A stretch of DNA of 64,000 bases from Terriglobia bacterium (GTDB lineage: Bacteria > Acidobacteriota > Terriglobia > Acidiferrales > UBA7541), in the NCBI GenBank assembly GCA_963695545.1, contig OY968796.1, forward strand, positions 1,728,001-1,792,000. The letters are read 5' to 3'. Below are positions 29,507 through 39,118 of the stretch, piece by piece; position 1 is the stretch's first letter, and every line of letters starts with the position of its first letter. Made by a program: the position numbers and the translations under genes. The notes beneath the pieces are model-generated. The model worked only from the letters and a program-made list of their open reading frames with translations. It did not search any database and had not been told where the DNA came from.

Positions 29507-29534
29507 TATACGCACCCCGCGGAGGAAAATTTCA
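29507..29534 (-). promoter_or_regulatory. ECF-type autoregulatory promoter, leaderless
   Basis: TGAAAT-16 bp-CGTATA, ending 4 nt before the ATG; no RBS. Confidence 0.65.
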
Positions 29535-29641
29535 CGCATCGCGCCGGCCAGGCTCCCCGGGGGGCCGGCTCGCACGCCACGCCGTCCTCGGGCCGGCGTC
29601 GGTGCGCCGAATGCCCGGGTGGGGTACAGTGTAAGACTCCC

Positions 29642-31084
29642 ATGAGCCAATCGTTACCTAGCGTCGTAATTCTCGGTCGGCCGAACGTTGGCAAATCGCG
29701 CCTGTTCAACCGCCTCACCGGCACGCGCCGCTCGATCGTCACCGACGAGCCGGGCATCACGCGCGACCGCATCCACGGCACGGCGAATTGGCAAGGCCGC
29801 TCGTTCGAGGTCGTCGACACCGGCGGCCTTGTGCCGGATGAGACGGCCGCGATCCCGCGCGAAGTGATGCGCCAGGCGAAGGTGGCCATCGACAGCGCCA
29901 CGGTCCTTGTGCTGGTGGTGGATGCGCGCGCGGGTCTTCTGCCGCTGGACGCCGAGCTTGCGCGTCTCGCGCGCTCTACCGGCAAGCCGCTGGTGATCGC
30001 CGCGAACAAAGTGGACACGCTGTCGCAGGAATCTCTCACGGCGCCGTTTTTCGCGCTCAGCCCGGACGTCTTCGGCGTCTCCGCCGAACATGGCACGGGT
30101 CTCGACGCTCTGCTCGACTACATCACGCGCGATTTTTCCGACGCGCCGGCCGAAGCCGCGGCGCACGAAGACATCCAGGTCGCGATCATCGGCCGGCCCA
30201 ACGTCGGCAAATCGACGCTGCTGAACCAGCTCACCGGCACGGATCGCTCGATCGTTTCGCCCGAGCCCGGCACCACGCGCGACGCGGTCGACGCCGTGGT
30301 CGATCGCAGCGGCCATCGCTATCACTTCGTGGACACGGCCGGCATCCGCCGCAAAAGCAAAACGCGCATGGTGGCGGAAAAAATGTCGGTGATGATGGCG
30401 CGGCGGCATCTCGAGCAAGCCGATATCGCGCTGCTCGTCGCGGACGCCAGCATCGGCGTCACTGCGGGCGATCTCACGATCGCGGGTTACGCGCAGCAGT
30501 CCGGCCGCTCTGTGATCCTGGTGCTGAACAAATGGGACCTTGCCGTGGAAGCCGCGCGCGCCAAAGCGGCCGAAGTGAAAGCCACGCCCGAAAAAAAAGC
30601 GGCGCGAAATAAATCCGCGCGCAAATCGAGTTACGCGCGCGCCGCGGTCAAGCCGCCCGCGCCCGCGTTCAGTCCCGAAATTCTGGCGACCGAATACGAA
30701 GCGCTGGTGCGCGAGCGCTTTAAATTTCTCGACTACGCTCCGGTAGTTTTTCTCTCCGCGCTCACCGGGCAGCGCGTCGCGCCAATCTTCGAGTTGATGG
30801 ACCGCGTCGCCGAAGCGCGCCGCCGCCGCATTTCCACCGGCGAGCTGAATCGCTGGCTTAAGGAAACCGATCTCGATCGCGGCACCACTCCGTCGGCGCG
30901 CCGAGTGAAAATCTACTACATCACGCAAGCCTCCACCGCGCCGCCGGTCTTTGTGATTTTCACCAATCAGGCGAAGCGCCTGCACTTCAGCTTCGAGCGT
31001 TTTCTCGAGAATCGCCTACGCGAGAGTTTCGATTTTCTGGGCACGCCGATTCGCTTCCTGCAGCGCGTCAAGGAGCGGCGTTAG
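29642..31084 (+). CDS. der: Ribosome biogenesis GTPase Der (EngA)
   Basis: Two GRPNVGKS, DTGG/DTAG, NKVD/NKWD domains plus KH-like C-terminus. Confidence 0.96.
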   Translation: MSQSLPSVVILGRPNVGKSRLFNRLTGTRRSIVTDEPGITRDRIHGTANWQGRSFEVVDTGGLVPDETAAIPREVMRQAKVAIDSATVLVLVVDARAGLLPLDAELARLARSTGKPLVIAANKVDTLSQESLTAPFFALSPDVFGVSAEHGTGLDALLDYITRDFSDAPAEAAAHEDIQVAIIGRPNVGKSTLLNQLTGTDRSIVSPEPGTTRDAVDAVVDRSGHRYHFVDTAGIRRKSKTRMVAEKMSVMMARRHLEQADIALLVADASIGVTAGDLTIAGYAQQSGRSVILVLNKWDLAVEAARAKAAEVKATPEKKAARNKSARKSSYARAAVKPPAPAFSPEILATEYEALVRERFKFLDYAPVVFLSALTGQRVAPIFELMDRVAEARRRRISTGELNRWLKETDLDRGTTPSARRVKIYYITQASTAPPVFVIFTNQAKRLHFSFERFLENRLRESFDFLGTPIRFLQRVKERR

Positions 31085-31160
31085 CGCGATCCACAGGCCG
31101 CGCCGGCCACGTGCCTCGCAGCGTTGACACCCGCCGAAATCGGCATAGGATAGGGTCAAA

Positions 31161-31556
31161 ATGATCGGCGCAAACGGCCAATCCGATTTACCAATTCCCG
31201 CCAAGAATTTTTTCCGCATTGGCGAGGTCAGCCGGCTCACGGCCACCAAAGCCTTCGTTCTGCGCTACTGGGAAACCGAATTTCCGATGCTCCAGCCGGT
31301 GAAAAGCCCCAAAGGCCACCGCCTGTATCGCCGGCAAGATATCGACACCGTCCTCGCGATCAAGCGTTTGCTCTACGACGAAGGTTTCACGATCGCGGGC
31401 GCGCGCCGCCACTTGCGCGAACAAAATGGAGCAGGCGCAAATGGTGAAAATGGCCACGCCGCCGAGCCCGAATCGCTGACCGCTCTCAATCGCAAAGCTT
31501 TGCTGGATTTGCGCGACGCTCTGCGCGCCTTCTTGACGCTTCTCGAAGGCGAGTGA
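31161..31556 (+). CDS. MerR-family HTH protein
   Basis: FRIGEVS..VLRYWETEF..GHRLY..LLYDEGFTIAGA. Confidence 0.9.
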   Translation: MIGANGQSDLPIPAKNFFRIGEVSRLTATKAFVLRYWETEFPMLQPVKSPKGHRLYRRQDIDTVLAIKRLLYDEGFTIAGARRHLREQNGAGANGENGHAAEPESLTALNRKALLDLRDALRAFLTLLEGE

Positions 31557-31608
31557 TACGCTCGGAATCGCCTGCGAGGTGCGTACTCTGCGCGCCGCGA
31601 GGACCGGT

Positions 31609-31685
31609 CGGGACGTAGCGCAGCCCGGTAGCGCGCACCCTTGGGGTGGGTGAGGCCGCTGGTTCGAATCCAGTCGTCCCGACCA
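31609..31685 (+). tRNA. tRNA-Pro (anticodon GGG)
   Basis: CGGGACG/CGTCCCG acceptor stem, CACCC-TTGGGGT-GGGTG anticodon arm, GTTCGAATC, CCA; 77 nt. Confidence 0.96.
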
Positions 31686-31850
31686 TTATTTTGCTGTTAT
31701 TTTTGCCGTGACGTCAGCTCCGGCCTGTGGTCTTCCGCTCGTCGCCTGCCCCAATCAATCATTCGCTTCGCGCGATTCCGAACGCGCAACACGCAAAGTT
31801 GACGGGACTCGCGCCGACGGCGATGATGGAAGTGTCCGTAAGAGGGTTCC

Positions 31851-32609
31851 GTGCCGAATATTTTGGTCACCAATGACGACGGAATTCACGCTGAAGGCCT
31901 GCGCGCGCTGGTCGCCGCGCTCGAGGGCCTCGGCACCGTCAGCGTCGTCGCGCCGCATATGGAACGCAGCGCGGCGGCGCAATCGCTGACGCTGCGCCAG
32001 CCGATCTTCTGGGAAAAAGTGGCCGAGCGCGAGTGGGCCGTCGAAGGCACGCCGGCCGATGCCATGGTGCTGGCGCTGCACAAGCTGCTGCCCGAGCGAC
32101 CGGACCTGGTGATTTCCGGCGTGAATCGCGGCGGCAACATGGGCGAAAACATTTTTTATTCCGGCACGGTCGGCGCGGCGATGGAAGCTTCCATCAATCG
32201 AATTCCTGCAATCGCTGTTTCGGTGGCGCATCGCGGCGATGGCTTTCGTTTTGAGGAAGCCGCGCGGTTCGCGCGCTCGCTTGCCGAGCTTGTGCTTCGC
32301 GAAGGATTGCCCGACGACGTGCTGTTGAACGTGAATGTGCCGCTGGAATGGAATGGCAGCGTGCGTTTCACGCGCCAATCGCGCAAAGTCACGCGCAATG
32401 TCTTGCAGGGTGGCGTCGATCCGCGCGGCCGGCATTATTTCTGGCTGAGCGAGCAGCTCTCTCCGGAAGGGATGGACCCGGCGAGCGATTACGCCGCGGT
32501 TTATGACGGCGCGGTCTCGATCACGCCGCTGCAACTCGAACGCACGCACGTCACCTCGCTCAATCATCTTTCGCACTGGGCCAAAGTCCTCGAACGCACC
32601 GCCCGCTAG
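31851..32609 (+). CDS. surE: 5'/3'-nucleotidase SurE
   Basis: ILVTNDDG, GTPAD, SGVNRG.N, YSGTVGAAME. Confidence 0.95.
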   Translation: MPNILVTNDDGIHAEGLRALVAALEGLGTVSVVAPHMERSAAAQSLTLRQPIFWEKVAEREWAVEGTPADAMVLALHKLLPERPDLVISGVNRGGNMGENIFYSGTVGAAMEASINRIPAIAVSVAHRGDGFRFEEAARFARSLAELVLREGLPDDVLLNVNVPLEWNGSVRFTRQSRKVTRNVLQGGVDPRGRHYFWLSEQLSPEGMDPASDYAAVYDGAVSITPLQLERTHVTSLNHLSHWAKVLERTAR

Positions 32610-32629
32610 CGCGCCGCGCACTCCTCGCC

Positions 32630-34723
32630 ATGGACGCTCGCCTCGATTCGTCGAAACCCGCGGTGGATTTGGGCCGTGAAATCACCGGCGATCTCGCCGC
32701 GGCCTGCGCGCGTGAGTGGCTGGTCACCAACGGCATCGGCGGTTACGCCGCGGGCACCGTTTCCGGCGTGTTGACGCGCCGCTATCACGGCCTGTTGGTC
32801 GCCGCGCTCAAGCCGCCCGTCGGCCGAACGCTTCTTGTCGCAAAGATCGGCGAAGCCGCGCGCGTGGCAGGCCAGGATTTTCCGCTGTCCACGAATCGCT
32901 GGCACGATGGCACCGTCGCCCCGCAGGGCTGGGCCGACATCGAAAGATTTCATCTCGATGGCACGATTCCGGTGTGGACGTTCGCGTTCGGCGACGGCAT
33001 TCGACTGGAAAAACGCATCTGGATGCGGCAAGGCGCAAACACCACCTGCGTGCTCTACAATCTGCGCGGCGCGAGCCAGGCGATCGAACTTACCCTCAAC
33101 GTGTTCGTGAATTATCGCGACCACCACGCGATCACTCACGCCGGCGATTGGCAAATGCGCGTCGAGCGGGTCGCGCGCGGATTGCGAGTCATTGCGTTCG
33201 ACGGAGCAACGCCGTTCTTTCTGCTGACCGACGCGCCCGCGCAGCCGGAGAACGATTGGTATTTCAATTTCGATCTCGCGCTTGAACGCGAGCGCGGCAT
33301 GGAAGATTCCGAGGATCACCTGCTGGCCGGATCGTTCCGCGCGACGGTTGAGCCTGGCGGCTCGCTCGCGTTCGTTGCATCCACCGATCCGGATGCGTCT
33401 CTCGATGCCGCGAGCGCTCTCGAAGAACAGCGCGCGCGCGAACGCTCGCTAATTTCTGCGTGGACCACGGCGCAGCGCGTGGCGGCCCAGACCGCCACGC
33501 GCGCTGCGGCGGTCGTGCGAACGTCCGCCGCAGAACGCGCGCACGCGGCGCGAGCGTCCGCGCCGGAGCCAACGCCGGCCTGGGTCCGGCAGTTCGTCCT
33601 CGCGGCGGACGCATTTCTTGTCGCGCGCCCATCGGCCGGCGAATCGGGTCCGTGCACGGCGATCGCGGGTTATCCGTGGTTTGCGGATTGGGGCCGCGAC
33701 ACCATGATCGCGCTTTCCGGCCTCGCTCTTACCACCGGCCGGCCGGAGATCGCCTGGGCCACATTGCGCGCGTACGCGCGTTACGTCGATGGCGGCATGT
33801 TGCCGAATACGTTTCCCGATGCCGGATCGCCGCCCGAATACAACACCGTGGATGCCGCGCTCTGGTATTTCGAGGCCGCGCGGCAAACCTTCGCCGCGAC
33901 GCACGACCTCGGCGCCTTGCGCCAACTGTTTCCGATCCTCGAAGAGATCGTGGCCGCGCACGTTCGCGGCACGCGCTTCGGAATTCGTATCGATCCCGCC
34001 GATGGCCTGCTGGCCGCGGGCGTGCCCGGCGTGCAACTCACTTGGATGGACGCGAAAATCGGCGATTGGGTGGTCACGCCGCGCATCGGCAAACCCATCG
34101 AAGTGAACGCGCTGTGGCTGAACGCGCTAATGACCTTGGCCGGATTCGCTCGCGCCTTGAAACGCGATCAAAAAACCTACGAGGCGCTCGCGCACAAGGC
34201 GCGCGCGGGATTTGCGCGCTTCTGGAATGCCGAGCGCGGATATTGTTTCGACGTGCTGGATGGTCCGGCGGGAAACGACGCAACGCTACGGCCGAATCAG
34301 GTTATCGCCGTATCGCTCCCGGTCTGCGCGCTTTCGCTCGCCAAACAGCGCGCCGTGGTGAACGTGTGCGAAAGCGAATTGCTGGCAGGTTTCGCGCTGC
34401 GCTCACTCGGTCCGTCCGAGCCGGGCTACCGCGGCCGCTACGTCGGTGCGCAGATCGAGCGCGACGCCGCCTATCACCAGGGCACGGCCTGGCCGTGGCT
34501 GCTTGGCCCGTTCGTGCTCGCGCATTTGCGGGTGCATCGTGATCCGGCCGCCGCGGCGACACTCCTCAATCCGATCGCGCGGCACATCAGCTCCTACGGC
34601 CTCGGCAGTGTGGCCGAAATCTGCGATGGCGACGCGCCATTTTCTCCACGCGGCTGTTTCGCGCAAGCCTGGAGCGTTGCCGAAATTCTGCGCGCGTGGT
34701 CCGCTGTGTCATTGGCGCGCTAA
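32630..34723 (+). CDS. Amylo-alpha-1,6-glucosidase (glycogen debranching enzyme, GH133-like)
   Basis: EWLVTNGIGGYA, AGYPWFADWGRDT, TWMDAK, YHQGTAW, QAWSVAE. Confidence 0.9.
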   Translation: MDARLDSSKPAVDLGREITGDLAAACAREWLVTNGIGGYAAGTVSGVLTRRYHGLLVAALKPPVGRTLLVAKIGEAARVAGQDFPLSTNRWHDGTVAPQGWADIERFHLDGTIPVWTFAFGDGIRLEKRIWMRQGANTTCVLYNLRGASQAIELTLNVFVNYRDHHAITHAGDWQMRVERVARGLRVIAFDGATPFFLLTDAPAQPENDWYFNFDLALERERGMEDSEDHLLAGSFRATVEPGGSLAFVASTDPDASLDAASALEEQRARERSLISAWTTAQRVAAQTATRAAAVVRTSAAERAHAARASAPEPTPAWVRQFVLAADAFLVARPSAGESGPCTAIAGYPWFADWGRDTMIALSGLALTTGRPEIAWATLRAYARYVDGGMLPNTFPDAGSPPEYNTVDAALWYFEAARQTFAATHDLGALRQLFPILEEIVAAHVRGTRFGIRIDPADGLLAAGVPGVQLTWMDAKIGDWVVTPRIGKPIEVNALWLNALMTLAGFARALKRDQKTYEALAHKARAGFARFWNAERGYCFDVLDGPAGNDATLRPNQVIAVSLPVCALSLAKQRAVVNVCESELLAGFALRSLGPSEPGYRGRYVGAQIERDAAYHQGTAWPWLLGPFVLAHLRVHRDPAAAATLLNPIARHISSYGLGSVAEICDGDAPFSPRGCFAQAWSVAEILRAWSAVSLAR

Positions 34724-35002
34724 GCGGGGATGCTCTGCAATGTTCTCGAGCCGAGATCGAAAACGATTTTCAATTCGCTCTCAACACATTGAGGGAGGCG
34801 TGGGGTGGAGGGGCCGTTCGCGCATCCTCGTACTTTTCGCGAACCGCCCCCTCGGGGGGAAGGGCGCATCTCGTAGCGGAGAACCGAATGCCCGGGTCCG
34901 TGAGCATTCATGTTCTGCCATGCATGGTACAAATTGCCCTCGAGGCGGCCAATCAGGTGAATGTTGTAATTCTCGCGGGAGCGTCGTTTACGAAAGTACG
35001 CG

Positions 35003-38000
35003 TTATTTCTCGGGAGATGTACGGCCTGCGTTCAGGCTGTCGAAATTCAGGATTGTGTTGAGCACCAGCGAATAGCTGCCCACAGTTTCGCCGCGATAAA
35101 TGGGATTTGTGGAAAACAGCACGATGTGGCCTTGCCCTTCTGGCACGTCGATCACGCTGGCATGTTCGGCGATTTCGTCGCCGTGATCGAGCAAGCCCGA
35201 GACGAGCAATTCGTCTTCATCGCCGTAGCGGAACACTACGCGCGGCCGCTCGGCGAGCGGGATCAGGTCAGGATTGTTGCGCGCGTCATCGGGCGTAACC
35301 GGCGGCGCTTCCCAGGGATTGAGCTTCGGCGCCGCCGTCGCCGCCGCGGATTGCCGGCCGGGATCGAAGTCGGAATCTCCGGAAGAAGCGCCGCCGCGGC
35401 CGGTGGCGCGCTCGCCAGCGGCAGATTCATCCGGCGCAGCGCCGCCCGCAAGATCGCTGATCGCGAAGATTGGGCCATTCGACGAATAAGCGGAAAGCGC
35501 GTCGTCGTATCCGTACGCGATCGGGCTCGCTTCATCTACCTTCAGCGTGCGCACCACGCTGCCTATCAAGCGCAACTTATCGGGCGGCGTCACGGAAACG
35601 CCGCGCGCAAGTCCGAGCGCGGTGGCGAAATTCGATGTGTCCTCCGCCGTCACCAGCACGCCGCCGCGCTCGACGAATTGCTCGAGGTGCGCGACGCCCG
35701 CCCAGCCCAGGCCGGGGCGCATGTCGTCGGTCGAATCCGGCACGCCGAGATTAGGCGTTTCGGGCGTCGCTTTCCACGGCAATGGATTGCCCCAGTCGCC
35801 GGGCATGCCGCGCACGATGGACATCGCGTCGCCACCCGTGTCGGCCGGGGGGAACAGGATCACGTCGTACTTCGCATTCAAATTATCGTCAGCGGCCGCG
35901 GTCTGCGTGCTGATGTAGTCGTACGGAATGCCCAGCGTGTCGAGCGCGAGCCGCCACCAGCCCTCGGTCATGGTGCGCTGCCAGGTATGCATCACGGCGA
36001 TGCGCGCCGCGCGCACCGGATGCGTCTTGACGTCGGGCGGCGTTAGTACGGCCGTGGCTTGAAGTCCAAGATCGGCGAGCGCGGCAGAAACGTCCTGCGC
36101 GGAAGCGCCGCCGCGAATGATGAACGAGCCGCGGTGGAACGTGCGCCCCGCAACATCGAAGGGTTCTTCGGCCGCGTCAATGGAAGCGTCGCGCAGACGG
36201 TAGCGCAGTGACGCGAGTGCCGGGTCCGCGTTGTCTTCGATCAGAAAGATTGTGCCCGCCCCGCTCGCGCCTGCGGGCGGGCGGATTTCGGTTGCGCGAT
36301 CCATCGGCGCGTCCAGAATTTTCGGATCGGCAACGCGCACGACCTCCACGTCGAACAGTTCGCCGAGCGTCCAGCCGGTGTCGTCCGAGGGATCGCGGCG
36401 CGGATCGGTCGGGCTCCAATATTGATAGTCGAGCAACGCATCGGCGACGCGCGAATAAGGCTGATCCATGCGCACGATGTAGCTGCCGGCGGGAAATTCG
36501 CGCGTGGCGGCGTCGGGCGCAGGTGTCGCGCTCGGCGCCGCGCCACTCGGCGAGCTCGCCGCGCCGCCAGACACGGCCGCGCCCGACGCCGCGGATTGCG
36601 CCGGCGCGGCGAGCGAGACGCTGAACGCTCCACGCGCGCGCGAAATTTCGCAGCCTTGCCGCATCAGAATCTGCAGCAGCCGCGCCTGGGAACCGGGCCG
36701 CGGGTCGTCGGCCGGAAAAACGTACGCGGCTGGCCCCTCGAGCGTGGGCTTTTCAACCGAGCGCTTCGATTTCAGGTAGTAGTTCTTCAAAAACAGCGCG
36801 CGATTTTCCTCAAAATAATGCAGTGTGGTCAGAAGCGCCGTCTCTTCGTAATTGTTGTTGTCGCGCTGCGACCACAGCGTTTTCGCGAGCGGCGGATCCT
36901 GGCGGTACCAGGTGCGATTGGTGTCCGCAGGTAAAAGCGTACGCTCGATCGTGTCCGCGCCATCGTTGCCGAATGTTTCATAGAGCCGGCTGATTCCGTT
37001 GTGCGTGGCCGCCAGAAACATCATGTACGCAGGCGACCAAGTGTCCAGGTCGCCGTGCGTGTAAACGCCGGGCATGCCGAACGCCGTCATGTCCGCCACA
37101 TTGCGCCAGCCGAGAAGTTCCCATTCGTTCGTCAAGATGGGATCCACCCACGCGTTGAACGGTCCGTCGCCTGCTGTGTCGTCGTAAAGATACGGATACG
37201 ACTCGTGCAGATCGTGCAGCACCTGCGCTTGCCAGCCGAGATACGTGGCCAGCACGTTCTGCGTCACCTTGAGCGTCAGCGTCATCCCGTCGCGATTGTT
37301 GTCATGTTCCACATACTTGCCCCAATAAATTGCCGGCGGCGAAAGTTGTCCCGGATGCGCCAGATGCCAGCGGTAAACATCCACCATGCGGTCGCGCCCA
37401 TCGACTTCCACCACCGGCGTGATCAGCGTGATCATGTGCTCGCGAATATCGCGGACGTAAGGGCTCTCGTCGACCGCCAGCCGATACCCCAATTCCATCA
37501 GCGCTGTCGGCGCGCCGGTCTCGCTCGAATGCAGTGAGCCGGTGATGTAGTAGACCGGCACGGATGCGCTCACCAGGCGATCCGCCGCGGCGTCGCCCAT
37601 CAACGTGACGTGCCCCGCAATCGTCACGCGCGGATCGCCGAGCTGCGCAAGGCGCGCGCGGTTTTCTTCGAGATGCGCCAGATTCTGTTCCGAGCTGATG
37701 GCCACCGCGATCATCTCGCGTCCTTCTTCACTGTGCCCAATTGAGACAACCTTCACGCGTGGGCTCGCCTTTTCGAGCATGCGCATATAGCGATTCACGT
37801 CCGCGCTGTATGGCAGGATTCCCGGAGCGCCGGCCACGTCTCCCAACACCGCCGCCGGCGTCGGCACGGTTGCGGACGCCGGCAAATAATCGACGAGCGG
37901 AGACGAGAAATACGGCTCTGTGGTGTAAGCGAGGATCTTCCGCGTATATTCCTGATCGATCGGCTGCGCAGGATCGCGCGCCGGGATCGAACTTTGTGCG

Positions 38001-38101
38001 GAAGTTGAACTCTGTACGAAAAGCGCAGGCGGTGCGATCGCGGCCAGCAGCACAACGAGCGCCAAGCGTCGCGCTTTCGGAGCGCCGCTCGTCGCGCTCA
38101 T
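35003..38101 (-). CDS. Secreted M14-family zinc carboxypeptidase-like protein
   Basis: Signal peptide, HSSE zinc motif, DNNRD, HDLHE. Confidence 0.85.
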   Translation of the reverse strand: MSATSGAPKARRLALVVLLAAIAPPALFVQSSTSAQSSIPARDPAQPIDQEYTRKILAYTTEPYFSSPLVDYLPASATVPTPAAVLGDVAGAPGILPYSADVNRYMRMLEKASPRVKVVSIGHSEEGREMIAVAISSEQNLAHLEENRARLAQLGDPRVTIAGHVTLMGDAAADRLVSASVPVYYITGSLHSSETGAPTALMELGYRLAVDESPYVRDIREHMITLITPVVEVDGRDRMVDVYRWHLAHPGQLSPPAIYWGKYVEHDNNRDGMTLTLKVTQNVLATYLGWQAQVLHDLHESYPYLYDDTAGDGPFNAWVDPILTNEWELLGWRNVADMTAFGMPGVYTHGDLDTWSPAYMMFLAATHNGISRLYETFGNDGADTIERTLLPADTNRTWYRQDPPLAKTLWSQRDNNNYEETALLTTLHYFEENRALFLKNYYLKSKRSVEKPTLEGPAAYVFPADDPRPGSQARLLQILMRQGCEISRARGAFSVSLAAPAQSAASGAAVSGGAASSPSGAAPSATPAPDAATREFPAGSYIVRMDQPYSRVADALLDYQYWSPTDPRRDPSDDTGWTLGELFDVEVVRVADPKILDAPMDRATEIRPPAGASGAGTIFLIEDNADPALASLRYRLRDASIDAAEEPFDVAGRTFHRGSFIIRGGASAQDVSAALADLGLQATAVLTPPDVKTHPVRAARIAVMHTWQRTMTEGWWRLALDTLGIPYDYISTQTAAADDNLNAKYDVILFPPADTGGDAMSIVRGMPGDWGNPLPWKATPETPNLGVPDSTDDMRPGLGWAGVAHLEQFVERGGVLVTAEDTSNFATALGLARGVSVTPPDKLRLIGSVVRTLKVDEASPIAYGYDDALSAYSSNGPIFAISDLAGGAAPDESAAGERATGRGGASSGDSDFDPGRQSAAATAAPKLNPWEAPPVTPDDARNNPDLIPLAERPRVVFRYGDEDELLVSGLLDHGDEIAEHASVIDVPEGQGHIVLFSTNPIYRGETVGSYSLVLNTILNFDSLNAGRTSPEK

Positions 38102-38139
38102 GCTGTTTCCGAGCTGTTGACTTCAATCTCTAACATGGT

Positions 38140-38664
38140 TTACTTCGAGGTATCCGAATCCGCGCTCGCCAGCGCCGATTTCGCCGCATCCGGCAGCGCA
38201 TTCGCGTTCGCGACCACTTCGCTCACCTGCCACAGCTCGGTCTCCGACAAAATCCCCTTGAACGATGGCATCCCCGTGAGCCGAATCCCGTTATCCACCT
38301 TCCAGTAGATTTCGCCGATTGGGTCGCCGCCGTGTTCGCCATGCCCGCCGAAAAATTGCGGCGGCGGAGGGTACATCGCCGACGGCATCGCGCCCTTCGG
38401 CTTGCCCGGCAGCCCGTGGCAACCCGCGCAATCCATTCCGTAGAGATACGCTCCCGAGACGAGGTTGGCCTCGTTCACCACCAGGGGAGACTCAGCCTGC
38501 GGTTGCCTCGCAATGTGCGCGTCCACCGCGCGGTCGCAGATCGAGCGCTCAAACGGCAACGGCTTGTCCGCCACGGCCACCGGCGCGAAGCCGAAAACGA
38601 GGTACGAAATAATCGCGGCCCCCGTCAGAATCACGCCCACCAAGATTCCAATCAAGAATTTCAT
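38140..38664 (-). CDS. Membrane-anchored monoheme cytochrome c
   Basis: CAGCH, NGIRLTGMPSF, N-terminal TM. Confidence 0.88.
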   Translation of the reverse strand: MKFLIGILVGVILTGAAIISYLVFGFAPVAVADKPLPFERSICDRAVDAHIARQPQAESPLVVNEANLVSGAYLYGMDCAGCHGLPGKPKGAMPSAMYPPPPQFFGGHGEHGGDPIGEIYWKVDNGIRLTGMPSFKGILSETELWQVSEVVANANALPDAAKSALASADSDTSK

Positions 38665-39118
38665 TCTCACCTCGCGCGCTATCCGCGGATCGTTCGCAGT
38701 GTACGGCAGAGCCGCGAGCCGCACAACAGCCCCCGCGCGCTCACGCGTCGCGCCTCCGCCCCATGCCCCAAATCGGGCAATGCCGCGGCTGCGCACCATC
38801 GCGCCCCAAGCCTGGCCGCCGCCGCGCCTCTCCCGGCCATTGCTTTTGCAGGACTTAACTGCGCTCCCGGCGTACTCACGCCCCGCCCCGGCACGGAAAC
38901 TCTTACGTCACCCACGCCTTCCCAAAAGGGCCTAGAGGTACTAAACTGTGCGACTCAGTAGGGGGCCCCGGGCACCTCCCGCCGACCGGCGGAGGGTGTG
39001 TTCATTGATCCTTTCCGGGCCTGTCGAGCATCTTAGTTTCTTTAGGGTTTGCTGTGGCTGTAGGGACCTCGGTTGCCATACCGAGTCCAAAACTAAGTAC
39101 AGTTGGAGCGCCAAGCGC

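Noticed and set aside
28891..30096. 401-aa version of the ECF sigma ORF
   Set aside because: The N-terminal half is antisense to der; the promoter supports a start at 29502.
34724..35002. Short ORFs between GDE and the M14 peptidase
   Set aside because: No recognisable motif or RBS.
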